Shown here: positions 23,715 through 32,874 of the stretch, piece by piece | Layout of the letters: each line of letters starts with the position of its first letter | Position numbering within the stretch: position 1 is the stretch's first letter | Assembly: GCA_963823035.1 (NCBI GenBank) | Contig: CAWGKG010000020.1 | Span: 288,001 to 352,000, forward strand | Reading direction: 5' to 3' | DNA from: an uncultured Gemmatimonadales bacterium | Lineage (GTDB): Bacteria > Gemmatimonadota > Gemmatimonadetes > Longimicrobiales > Gaopeijiaceae | DNA length: 64,000 nt | Notes under the pieces: generated by a model | Told to the model about the DNA's origin: nothing | The model's input: only the letters and a program-made list of their open reading frames with translations | Databases searched by the model: none | Translations under genes and position numbers: made by a program

Positions 23715-24560
23715 CTACGCTTCGGCGGCCTTCCCGAGGATCCGCTCCAGCGCGCGACGGCGTGTTCTCGGGATGCGCAGCTCCGCCCCGTCGCTCATGA
23801 CCGCCACCCAGTCGCCGTGCTGGAACGGCTGGACCTCGCGCAGGTGCCCGAGGTTGACGAGGTGCGAACGGTGGATGCGCACGAACGTTCGGCTGGTCGC
23901 GAGCTTGCGCTCCAGATCCGACAGCGTCGCGCGCAACCGGTGCGGACCCTCCGTGGTATGCACGCGCACGTGGTCGCCGTCGGCTTCCAGGTAGCGGATC
24001 TGCTCGAGCGGCACGAGGCGCACTCGGTTGAGGCCGGGGACGGGGAGGGTGGCGGGGGCGGCGGAGGCATCGCCCTCGTCGGTCTCGAGGGCTCGCTCGG
24101 GACCGGGCTCCGTCTCGCCCTTCTCCGCCGCGGGGGCGCCTCGCCCCAGCCAGGCCAGCACCGCCCAGAGCAGAACGGCCGTGGGGGCGTAGCGGACGAT
24201 GCCTTCGCGTGTGTCCGTGAGCACCCAGGCCCACCCCATCCGCCCGGCGTCCGGCACGCGCAGGGCGAGGTTCGTGAGGACCAGCCAGCCGGCGAGCGCC
24301 GTGACGTGGACGGTCGCGTCCCGGGCCACCCGTCCTCCACGGAGGGGGAAGCGCATCCCCAGCCCCATGATGAGCGGTACGGCCACCACCCACATCGAGG
24401 CCGGCAGAACGCGCCCCCGGAAGAGGTGCGGAAGGGGCGCCGCCCCGCTCCAGCGCTCGAGGGCGATCTGTGCGGCCGCGGCGAGCGCGAGGGCCGCAGC
24501 GGCCCACGCGGCCCGCGATCTCGAAGGTGCGCCCCAACGCACCGGGTTCGACTCGTTCAT
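23715..24560 (-). CDS. membrane-anchored LytTR DNA-binding protein
   Basis: About 4 hydrophobic N-terminal segments, then IRYLEADGDHV..TLSDLE..FVRIHRSHLVNL. No receiver domain. Confidence 0.88.
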   Translation of the reverse strand: MNESNPVRWGAPSRSRAAWAAAALALAAAAQIALERWSGAAPLPHLFRGRVLPASMWVVAVPLIMGLGMRFPLRGGRVARDATVHVTALAGWLVLTNLALRVPDAGRMGWAWVLTDTREGIVRYAPTAVLLWAVLAWLGRGAPAAEKGETEPGPERALETDEGDASAAPATLPVPGLNRVRLVPLEQIRYLEADGDHVRVHTTEGPHRLRATLSDLERKLATSRTFVRIHRSHLVNLGHLREVQPFQHGDWVAVMSDGAELRIPRTRRRALERILGKAAEA

Positions 24561-24684
24561 GCCTCTGATTCCGGGCGCGAAAGGAAAACGTTACACGCTG
24601 GCACGTCGGCGGGGCGCACCGTAGACTGCCCCCTCGGCCGCTGCTCGTGGCGGCCGCACATCGCACCAGGCGGGGGTGACCACG

Positions 24685-26791
24685 ATGGCGAACCGAGCGA
24701 GTCGTTCCGTGTTGACGTGTCTCGTGCTCCTGGCGGCATCCGCATGCTCGGCCACCGAGCCGTCCGCCGCCACGGCGGGCTACGAGCCCAGCACGGCGAA
24801 GGGCGACTGGCCGCTGTACACCGCCGACCTGCACGGCACCAAGTACTCACCGCTGGACCAGATCGACGCCAGCAACTTCGAGGACCTCGAGGTCGCGTGG
24901 TCCTTCAAGACCGACAATCTCGGCAACCGCCCGGAGTACAAGCTGGAGGGCACGCCGCTCGCGGTGAACGGCATCCTCTACACCACCGCCGGGACGCGCC
25001 GCGCCGCCATCGCCCTGGACGGCGCCACCGGCGAGCTGATCTGGATGTACAGCATGCGTGAGGGGAAGCGGGGTGGATACGCGCCGCGCCAGCTTTCCGG
25101 CCGCGGGCTGTCCTACTGGACGGACGGGCGCGGCGATGAGCGGGTGCTCTACGTGACACCGGGCTATCGCCTGGTGTGCCTGGACGCGAAGACCGGCGAG
25201 CCGATCGACGCTTTCGGGGACCACGGTGTGGTCGACCTCAAGGTCGGCGTCATCAAGGGGGACGGTGAGCAGATCGACCTCGAGACCGGGGAGGTCGGGC
25301 TGCATTCGACGCCGACCGTCGCGGGCGACGTGATCCTCGTCGGCTCGGCGATGGCCGAGGGCTTCACCGTGCCGACCTCCAACAACTCGAAGGGTGTGGT
25401 GCGCGCCTTCGACGTGCGCACCGGGAAGATGGTCTGGCGCTTCAACACGATCCCCGGCCCCGGCGAGTTCGGCAACGACACCTGGGAGGACGGCTCCTGG
25501 GCGCGGAACGGCAACACGGGCGTGTGGACGCAGATGACCGTCGACGAGGACGCGGGCATCGCCTACCTCCCGGTCGAGTCGCCCACCTCGGACTTCTACG
25601 GCGGGGCGCGGCCGGGCGACAACCTCTTCGGCGAGAGCCTGGTGGCCGTCGACCTGAAGACCGGCGAGCGGAAGTGGCACTTCCAGTTCGTACACCACCC
25701 CGATCTGGGATCACGACATGTCTTCCGCGCCGCTCATCGCCGACGTCGACATCGACGGGCGCGTGCGCAAGGTGGTCGCCGTGCCGAGCAAGCAGAGCTT
25801 CCTCTACGTCTTCGATCGGATCACGGGCGAGCCGATCTGGCCGATCGAGGAGACGCCGATGCCGATGAGCGAGGTGCCCGGCGAGAAGACGTCGCCGACG
25901 CAGCCCATCCCCTCGAAGCCGCCGGCCTACGCGCGCAACTACCTCAAGGTCCCGGACGACGTCATCGACTTCACGCCGGCCATGCGCTCCGAGGGGCTCG
26001 AGATCCTGAAGCGCTACAGGACCGGGCCCGATCTACAACCCGCCCGTGGCCGGGAGCGTGGACGGCGTGCTCGGCGTCGATCCTCGTCGGCAACGCGTCC
26101 GGCGGGACGAACTGGCCGGGCGGCGGGATGGACCCGGAGACCGGCATCGTCTACGCGCAGGCGGCCAACTCCTTCGTCTCCGGCGCCTCGGTCACGGAGC
26201 CCCCGAGGGCTTCTCCGACCTGGACTACCTGTACGGGTTGAAGGGACAGACCTTCCGCCTCTACCACGCGGCCGGCACCGGCCAGAACCCCGACGCCCCC
26301 GAGCCACCGCGCTTCGTCGGGCGATCAGGTGCAGAGCGACGGCGCCGATCCCGCGCCTCGAGGTCGACGGCCTCCCGATCGTGAAGCCGCCGTACGGCCT
26401 ACTGGCGGCCATCGACCTGCATCGGGGCGAGCTGCTCTGGCAGGTACCGCACGGCGACACCCCGGACGAGGTGCGCAACCATCCGGCCCTCAGGGGTAGG
26501 AACATCCCGAAGACCGGCCAGCGCGGAAGCGTCGGCCTGGTGGTGACGAAGACGCTCGTGGTGCTCGGCGATCCGCAGGTGACCACCACGGACGAGCACC
26601 CGCGCGGCGCGATGCTCCGGGCGTACGACAAGCAGAGCGGCGAGGAGGTCGGCGCCGTGTGGATGCCGGCGGCCCAGAGCGGTTCGCCCATGACCTACCT
26701 GGCGGGCGGACGGCAGTACATCGTGGTCGCGGTGAGCGGCGGACCGTACTCGGGTGAGTATCTCGCCTTCGCGCTGCCCAACACCAACTGA
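24685..26791 (+). CDS. PQQ-dependent dehydrogenase (quinoprotein glucose dehydrogenase family), lipoprotein; frameshifted
   Basis: TKYSPLDQIDASN, EGTPL..GILY, RGLSYW, WHFQFVHH.LWDHD, PPYG.L.AIDL, GSPMTY..GRQYIVV. Confidence 0.9.
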
Positions 26792-26807
26792 GACCGCTGG
26801 AACACCC

Positions 26808-27251
26808 GTGACGAAGACCCTCCTGTCCATCGCGGCGGTGGCCCTCGCCCTCGTAGCGCTCCATCCGGGGGAGGGCGCCGCTCAGGCGCCCTCCCGCTCC
26901 ACCTGGGACGGCGTCTACTCGCCCGAGCAGGCCGCGCGAGGCGGCGAGCTCTACATGGGCACGTGCGCCCAATGCCACGGGCCGCAGATGGGCGGGATCG
27001 ACGCCGCCCCGGCGCTCAGGGGCGGGGGGTTCGCCTCGAACTGGAACGGCGTGACGCTCGGTGACATGGTCGAGCGCATCCGCGTCTCCATGCCGCAGAA
27101 CAGCCCGGGGTCGATGTCCCGACAGCAGGTGGCGGACGTGCTCGCCTACATCCTGCGCGCGAACGGCTTCCCGCCCGGGGACAAGGCGCTGCCCCGCCAG
27201 ACCGCGTTCCTCAAGATGATCGCGTACGAGGCGTACCGGCGGGGAGGGTGA
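26808..27251 (+). CDS. monoheme cytochrome c
   Basis: Signal peptide, WDGVYS.EQA.RG..CAQCH and SMPQNSPG. Adjacent to the PQQ dehydrogenase. Confidence 0.9.
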   Translation: MTKTLLSIAAVALALVALHPGEGAAQAPSRSTWDGVYSPEQAARGGELYMGTCAQCHGPQMGGIDAAPALRGGGFASNWNGVTLGDMVERIRVSMPQNSPGSMSRQQVADVLAYILRANGFPPGDKALPRQTAFLKMIAYEAYRRGG

Positions 27252-27297
27252 GGGTCCGCCACCGGCATCGCCCGCGGACGCAGGGCTCCTCGGGCTC

Positions 27298-28359
27298 CTA
27301 CCCTTCGACCTGGCTCTTCAGGTACTTCTCGCCGAAGTCGACGCGCAGCTCGACCCACATCGGCAGGTGGTCCGACATCTGGTAGGTGCGCCACTGGCGG
27401 TAGTAGTCGCCCGGATCCTCGCGCGGCGTGCCCCGGCTGGTGATGGTGTACGCCTCGCCCATCTGCGGGACGTACATCTCTTCGTCCTCGTCCCGGAAGA
27501 CGCACTGGTAGAAGTCGAACACCCCCGCTGCGCTGCACTCCACGGCCGCGCGCGCGTGCGTCGAGAAGGCGATCTGGTCGTAGAAGCGGTCCTTGCGGAC
27601 GTTGCTCCCCGGAATGTCCTGCAACGCGGCGGGGACCTCGAAGCTCGCGTCCACGATGGCGCGGTAGGTGAGGTCGTTGCGCGCGTAGATGTTGAAGTCG
27701 CCGAGCAGCACGAGGTTGGGTGACCAGGCCTCGGGGTGGTTCGCCCGGTCGCGGAGGAACCGCGCCACCGAGGAGATCTCCTGGACGCGCTCCGGCGGCT
27801 CGGCCTTGTTCTTCCCGTACAGGATGTGGACGGTCGAGAGCATGAACTTGAACCACCCGGCCTGGAAGGCGGCGAGGTACGGGGTCCGGTAGAGCTGGTC
27901 CACGGGCTTCGTGACCCGGCTCCCGTCCGGCTCGACGACCGTCACCGGCGGTAGCACGATCTCTCCGGCCAACCCCGCGAAGCGGACCTTGCGCCCGTCG
28001 TAGAGGAAGGCCATGCGCTCGCGGTTGCCGCGCGTCCCCTCGGTCACGTCCGTGACGAGGTACTTCCACCAGTAGCCCAGTTGGCGCTGCAGGCGCTCGA
28101 GGGCGGAGAGGTCGCTTCGCACCTCCTGGATGGCCACCAGGTCGAAGTGGGAGACGATCTCCGCGAGGTAGAAGAAGGCGTCGTCGCCGCGCACGCCGTA
28201 CTTGGTGGAATCGAACTCGCGGATGTTCCATGTCGCGAGCAGCAGCGTCTCCTCGCGTGTGCGCACCGGGAGCTCCGCGAGCTTCTCGCGCAGGCGGAGG
28301 AGCCCTGCGGCGATCCGCTGGCCGTCGGGGCCCTTCGGCATCCTGTAGTAGAACGGCAT
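27298..28359 (-). CDS. endonuclease/exonuclease/phosphatase (DNase I-like) family protein
   Basis: ATWNIREF, DLVAIQEV, LLGDFNI, YDQI, MSDHLP. Confidence 0.9.
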   Translation of the reverse strand: MPFYYRMPKGPDGQRIAAGLLRLREKLAELPVRTREETLLLATWNIREFDSTKYGVRGDDAFFYLAEIVSHFDLVAIQEVRSDLSALERLQRQLGYWWKYLVTDVTEGTRGNRERMAFLYDGRKVRFAGLAGEIVLPPVTVVEPDGSRVTKPVDQLYRTPYLAAFQAGWFKFMLSTVHILYGKNKAEPPERVQEISSVARFLRDRANHPEAWSPNLVLLGDFNIYARNDLTYRAIVDASFEVPAALQDIPGSNVRKDRFYDQIAFSTHARAAVECSAAGVFDFYQCVFRDEDEEMYVPQMGEAYTITSRGTPREDPGDYYRQWRTYQMSDHLPMWVELRVDFGEKYLKSQVEG

Positions 28360-28375
28360 CGCTAGCGCACCCCTG

Positions 28376-29560
28376 CTACCGGGACGGCCATACCACGCCC
28401 TGGTTCTCCGCCGTCACGTCGCCCAGCCCCCTGTAGACGAACTTCTGCACCCGCTTCCCCTCGTAGGTCTCCGTCGTGTAGACGTTGCCCTGGGAGTCGG
28501 TGGCGATGGAATGCACCGCGAAGAACTGCCCGGGCTGGCGCCCACCGTCGCCGAACGACGTGATGACCCGGAGCGACTGGCGGTCGATGACGTAGATCTT
28601 CTCGTTCTTGCCGTCGGCGAGGTAGATGAACTTCTGCTCGGGATCGCGGGAGAACGCGATGTCCCACACCGAGCCGTCGCCGAGCGTCTTGGGCGCGATG
28701 CGCACCTCCTTCACGAAGGTGCCGTCCTTCTGGAAGACCTGGATCCGGTCGTTGGGTCGATCGCACACGTAGATGAGGCCGTCGTTGGACGGCATCGCGC
28801 AGTGCACCGGGTTGCGGAACTGCTGCGCCAGCGGCGCGTCCGGGTCGTAGCGGCCCAGGTCGGCGTCGTCGGGCTCGTTGCCGTACGCGCCCCAGTACCG
28901 TTTGACCGCGCCGGTCTCCATGTCGAGCACCGCGACGCGCTTGTTGCCGTAGCCGTCGGCCACGTACGCCTCGTGCGCGTCGTAGTCGAAGTTGATCTTC
29001 GCGACCCGCCCGAAGTGCTCGGTGCTCCGGCTGTCGACGGCCTGGTTCGCCTGCCCGATCTGCATCAGGAATTGGCCGTCGTGCGTGAACTTCAGGATGT
29101 GCGAGTCGGTCGGCCCGTTCCCGCCGATCCACACGTTGTCCATGTCGTCGAGCGTGAGGCCGTGATTGGACGCAGGCCAATCGTAGCCCTCTCCCGGGCC
29201 GCCCCAGGCGTTCACGAGGTTGCCGTCGGGGTCGAACTCGAGGATCGGCGGGGCAGGGACGCAGCACTCGCCCGTCGGCGGGTCGGTGGCGGCGCCCATC
29301 TCGGTGCGTGCGTTCAGCGTGCCGGCGCCGCGATGGATGATGAAGACGTGGTCGCGCGAATCGACGCCCACGCCGATCGTCGAGCCGAGGATCCAGTGGT
29401 TGGGCAGCGGCTTCGGCCAGAGGGGATCGACCTCGAACACCGGCACGGTTCCGGTCGCGGACGCGGCTTCGGCCGCGGACTTCTCCATGGCGCAGGACGC
29501 CAGGCCGAAGGCGGCGGCGAAGGCCGCCAGGAAGCCGGCGAGGATCAGGTTCCGCTTCAT
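28376..29560 (-). CDS. NHL-repeat beta-propeller lipoprotein (PAL-like)
   Basis: Lipobox LASC; FEVDPLWPKPLPN, YVADGYGNKRV, YVCDRPNDRIQVF, HSIATDSQGNVY. Confidence 0.85.
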   Translation of the reverse strand: MKRNLILAGFLAAFAAAFGLASCAMEKSAAEAASATGTVPVFEVDPLWPKPLPNHWILGSTIGVGVDSRDHVFIIHRGAGTLNARTEMGAATDPPTGECCVPAPPILEFDPDGNLVNAWGGPGEGYDWPASNHGLTLDDMDNVWIGGNGPTDSHILKFTHDGQFLMQIGQANQAVDSRSTEHFGRVAKINFDYDAHEAYVADGYGNKRVAVLDMETGAVKRYWGAYGNEPDDADLGRYDPDAPLAQQFRNPVHCAMPSNDGLIYVCDRPNDRIQVFQKDGTFVKEVRIAPKTLGDGSVWDIAFSRDPEQKFIYLADGKNEKIYVIDRQSLRVITSFGDGGRQPGQFFAVHSIATDSQGNVYTTETYEGKRVQKFVYRGLGDVTAENQGVVWPSR

Positions 29561-29740
29561 CTCGTTCTCCTGTCCAGGGAGGGTGATCGGACCGTGGAGC
29601 GGACCGTGCCGCGGGGGCCGACGCGAAGCGCTCCGCGTTTGCGTGGTGGCGGAGGGCGTGGCATTGTCCCGCGTTTCCGGACCCCGAGGACCGACATCCT
29701 ACGGGCGCCGCCGGAATCCGTCCAGTTGAGGTTCATCGGC

Positions 29741-31099
29741 ATGAGGGCTCACCTCCGCGTCCACGTCATGGCCCGAGCGGGTATCGCGGCCGCCGCGCTG
29801 CTCGGCGCGCTGCCGCGCCCGGGCGTCGCGCACGAGGTCCCGGCGGGCGTCGCGGTCCAGGCGTACGTGAGGCCCGCGGGGCGGACGCTGCGCCTGCTCG
29901 TACGCGTGCCCCTGGAGGCGATGCGCGACGTGGACTTCCCCATGCGCGGGCCCGGCTACCTGGTGCTGGACAGCGTGGCGCCCTACCTGCGCGAGGCGGC
30001 GCGCCTCTGGATCGCGGACTACGTCCAGCTCTACGAGGGGGACGTCGCGCTGGGCGCGGAGGAGCTCGTGGCCGCGCGCGTGTCCCTCCCTTCCGACCGC
30101 TCCTTCACGAGCTGGGAGGGCGCACTCGCGCACGTGACCGGGCCGCCCCTGGCGGCGGACACGCAGATCATCTGGAAGCAGGCCCTGCTCGACGTGCTCT
30201 TCGAGGTGCCGATCACGTCCGAGACGTCGCGCTTCTCGATCGACCCCGCGCTGGCGCACCTCGGCGTCGAGACCGTCTCGGTCATCCACTTCCTTCCCCC
30301 GACCGGCGGCGAGCGCGTCTTCGCGTACCGTGGCAACCCCGGCGTCGTGCGCCTCGACCCGCGTTGGTCGCAGGCCGCGCTCCGCTTCGTCCGCCTCGGC
30401 TTCCTGCACATCCTCGACGGGATCGACCACCTCCTCTTCATCCTCTGTCTGGTCATCCCCTTCCGGCGGCTGCGCGGCCTCCTGCCGGTCGTCACCGCCT
30501 TCACGGTGGCCCACTCCATCACGCTGATCGCCTCCGCGGCCGGGCTGGCCCCGAGCGCGCTCTGGTTTCCGCCGCTCATCGAGACGCTCATCGCGGCCTC
30601 GATCGTGGTCATGGCGCTGGAGAACATCGTCGGCGCTCGCCAGGATCGCCGGTGGATCATCGCGTTCGTGTTCGGCCTGGTGCACGGGTTCGGCTTCAGC
30701 TTCGCGCTCCGCGAGTCGCTGCAGTTCGCCGGCACCCACCTCCTCTCGGCGCTCCTGTCGTTCAACGTCGGCGTGGAGCTCGGCCAGATCTTCGTGCTCC
30801 TGTTGGCCATCCCGGTGCTCGACTGGCTGTTCCGGCGCGTGGTGGCCGAGCGCATGGGCACGATCATCCTCTCCGCGCTGATCGCCCATACAGCGTGGCA
30901 CTGGATGACGGCCCGGGGATCTCGTCTCCTGCAGTACGACTTCAACCCGCCGGCGGTGAGTCCGGCTCTGCTCGTCCTCGCGATGCGGTGGGGGATGCTC
31001 CTGCTGATCTGCGTGGGCGCGGCGTGGGCGCTGTCGGGCCTCGTTCGACGGCTCCGGGAGCGTCCCCGTGCCGAGGCTCTTGATCCTCACGCCACGTGA
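29741..31099 (+). CDS. HupE/UreJ family membrane protein with N-terminal periplasmic domain
   Basis: Signal peptide ending AHE; HILDGIDHLLF, TAFTVAHSITL, FGLVHGFGF, FNVGVELGQ. Confidence 0.88.
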   Translation: MRAHLRVHVMARAGIAAAALLGALPRPGVAHEVPAGVAVQAYVRPAGRTLRLLVRVPLEAMRDVDFPMRGPGYLVLDSVAPYLREAARLWIADYVQLYEGDVALGAEELVAARVSLPSDRSFTSWEGALAHVTGPPLAADTQIIWKQALLDVLFEVPITSETSRFSIDPALAHLGVETVSVIHFLPPTGGERVFAYRGNPGVVRLDPRWSQAALRFVRLGFLHILDGIDHLLFILCLVIPFRRLRGLLPVVTAFTVAHSITLIASAAGLAPSALWFPPLIETLIAASIVVMALENIVGARQDRRWIIAFVFGLVHGFGFSFALRESLQFAGTHLLSALLSFNVGVELGQIFVLLLAIPVLDWLFRRVVAERMGTIILSALIAHTAWHWMTARGSRLLQYDFNPPAVSPALLVLAMRWGMLLLICVGAAWALSGLVRRLRERPRAEALDPHAT

Positions 31100-31110
31100 G
31101 GTTCTAGGCT
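31080..31110 (+). promoter_or_regulatory. MerR-type promoter with TipA-like operator
   Basis: -35 TTGATC, 19-bp spacer and -10 TAGGCT, with dyad CCTCAC-GCCAC-GTGAGG at 31085-31101. Confidence 0.8.
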
Positions 31111-31151
31111 TATACCAGCAGGCATCGCAATGACCGAGAGGAGACGACACG

Positions 31152-31547
31152 ATGGGCGATAGCAACCACGCCGCGTGGGACGCGGAGGCGAAGGAGCGCT
31201 GGGGCGAGACGGACGCCTACAAGGAGTCGACACGCCGCACGCGCAAGTACGGTGAGGACGACTGGGCCAGGATCAAGGCCGCCCAGGAGGGCATCGAGGC
31301 CGGCCTGGCCGACGCCATGGCGTCCGGCGACCCCGCCGACGGCGAACGAGCCACGCACCTCGCCGAGCAGGCGCGCCTCCACATCGACCGGTGGTTCTAC
31401 CCGTGCAGTCACCGGATGCACGTGGGGCTGGCCGACATGTACACGGCCGACCCCCGCTTCAAGGCCCACTACGACGACCGCGCGCCCGGGCTGGCCGACT
31501 ACGTGGCCGCGGCGATCCGGGCGAACGCGGCAGCCTCCTCGCGCTGA
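31152..31547 (+). CDS. stand-alone TipAS antibiotic-recognition domain protein
   Basis: EAKERWGETDAYKES..DW..FYPCSHRMHVGLADMYTADPRF..PGLADYV. No HTH. GAGGAG RBS. Confidence 0.88.
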   Translation: MGDSNHAAWDAEAKERWGETDAYKESTRRTRKYGEDDWARIKAAQEGIEAGLADAMASGDPADGERATHLAEQARLHIDRWFYPCSHRMHVGLADMYTADPRFKAHYDDRAPGLADYVAAAIRANAAASSR

Positions 31548-31569
31548 TACCGAATCCCCTACAAGAAGA

Positions 31570-31638
31570 ACCTCTGCGTCCTCTGCGTCCTCTGTGGTGA
31601 ACTGCTCTTACCACAGAGGACGCAGAGGACGCAGAGGT
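31570..31638. repeat. 29-bp perfect inverted repeat built from 9-bp tandem units (REP-like hairpin)
   Basis: ACCTCTGCGTCCTCTGCGTCCTCTGTGGT-N11-ACCACAGAGGACGCAGAGGACGCAGAGGT between convergent genes. Confidence 0.85.
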
Positions 31639-31697
31639 CAAAGAAGGGGGGTGCCCGTCTCGACCCTCCCGGTGCCGCTACCCCCCGGCTGCTCCCC

Positions 31698-32735
31698 TCA
31701 GCGCTTCCGTACGTACTTCCTCACCGTCTGCGGCCCCACCTCCGCCCCGTAGATCGCGCCGGTCGCGTCGACCGCCACGCCCTCGGCGCCGCTCGTGGCG
31801 GAGTGGTCCGGGTCGGGCTCGGGGTCGGGGATGAAGGCGGTCACCCAGCCGTCCTTCACGCTGCCGATGTAGATCCCGCGCCGCCAACCGGGGTGGCGCG
31901 CCGTGTTCGACTCGGAGTCCGTCGCGTAGAGGACGTCGTTCCCGTCGATGAACAGCCCGCTCGGCCGCCCGAACTGCGTCCAGGTCGCCAGGTGCTTGCC
32001 CTCCTGGTCGAAGAGCTGGATGCGGCTGTTCGCCCGGTCGCCCACGAAGAGCCGGCCCTGGGAGTCCATGGCCAGCGCGTGTGGGTCGCGGAACTCGCCG
32101 TCCTCCCCGCCCGTCTGTCCCCACTCCATCAGGTAGGTGCCGTCCGCGGCGAACTTCACGATCCGGTTGTTGCCGCCCGCGCCGTGGCCGTCCGCCACGA
32201 AGATGCTGCCGTCCGGGGCGACCAGGACGTCCGAGGGTTGGTTGAACGTGTCGTGCCCCGCGCCCGCGACGCCCGGCTTGCCGAGCGTCATGAGCAGCTC
32301 CCCGCTGGGGCTGAAGGCGTACACGGCGTGGCCCATCCCTTCGGGGGTCTCGCCGAACCCGGTCGCGTCCGCGATCCATACGTTGCCCTTCCGGTCCACG
32401 TGGATCCCGTGCGGCCAGGCGAAGCGATGCGCGCCCCACTGCGTGAGCAGCTTCCCGTCCAGGTCGAAGCGAAAGACGGTCGTCAGGTTCTGGCGGTCGG
32501 CGCAGCTGTTCTGCCCGCAGCGCTCCGCGACCCAGACGCTCCGTCCGTCCGGCGCGGGGTAGACCGCGCTGGTCGCACCGTACTTCCGCCCGTCGGGGAG
32601 CTGTCCGAACGCGGGGTCCGCCACGACGTAGGGGTTGTTGTCGTAGTGCTGGGCCCGCGCCGGCGCCACGCCGGGGAGCAGAAGGGCGCCGACCGCGAGG
32701 GTCGACGCGACCGCGAAGGTGGGCGTTCTGGGCAT
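31698..32735 (-). CDS. secreted NHL-repeat protein (PAL-like)
   Basis: Signal peptide; FAWPHGIHVD, FNQPSDV..IFVADG, PHALAMDSQGRLFVGDRANSRIQ. Confidence 0.85.
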   Translation of the reverse strand: MPRTPTFAVASTLAVGALLLPGVAPARAQHYDNNPYVVADPAFGQLPDGRKYGATSAVYPAPDGRSVWVAERCGQNSCADRQNLTTVFRFDLDGKLLTQWGAHRFAWPHGIHVDRKGNVWIADATGFGETPEGMGHAVYAFSPSGELLMTLGKPGVAGAGHDTFNQPSDVLVAPDGSIFVADGHGAGGNNRIVKFAADGTYLMEWGQTGGEDGEFRDPHALAMDSQGRLFVGDRANSRIQLFDQEGKHLATWTQFGRPSGLFIDGNDVLYATDSESNTARHPGWRRGIYIGSVKDGWVTAFIPDPEPDPDHSATSGAEGVAVDATGAIYGAEVGPQTVRKYVRKR

Positions 32736-32815
32736 GAGACCGCCGGCGGCAGGAGGGTGGACGATCGGAGCGGAAGAATGTTCGGCCGGGCGGGCGGAGG
32801 GGCAAGGTGAAGCAC

Positions 32816-32848
32816 GAGGGCGGCGCCTCGATGCGAAGCGCCGCCCTC
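32816..32848. terminator. GC-rich hairpin after the psr/yeeE operon
   Basis: GAGGGCGGCGCCTCG-atg-CGAAGCGCCGCCCTC, with a weak U-tract. Confidence 0.5.
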
Positions 32849-32874
32849 CGTTCTTCCAGCGACCGCGAATCGGC

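Noticed and set aside
24565..24596. Third ECF promoter (TGTAAC-N17-GGAATC) before the LytTR gene
   Set aside because: The -10 element differs from the CGTC seen at the two permease loci, so it is too weak to call.
27298..28359. EEP nuclease as a defence or retroelement component
   Set aside because: No reverse transcriptase, defence partner or mobility gene nearby, and the composition matches its neighbours.
31570..31638. CRISPR array
   Set aside because: One inverted repeat with no spacers, and no cas genes in the window.
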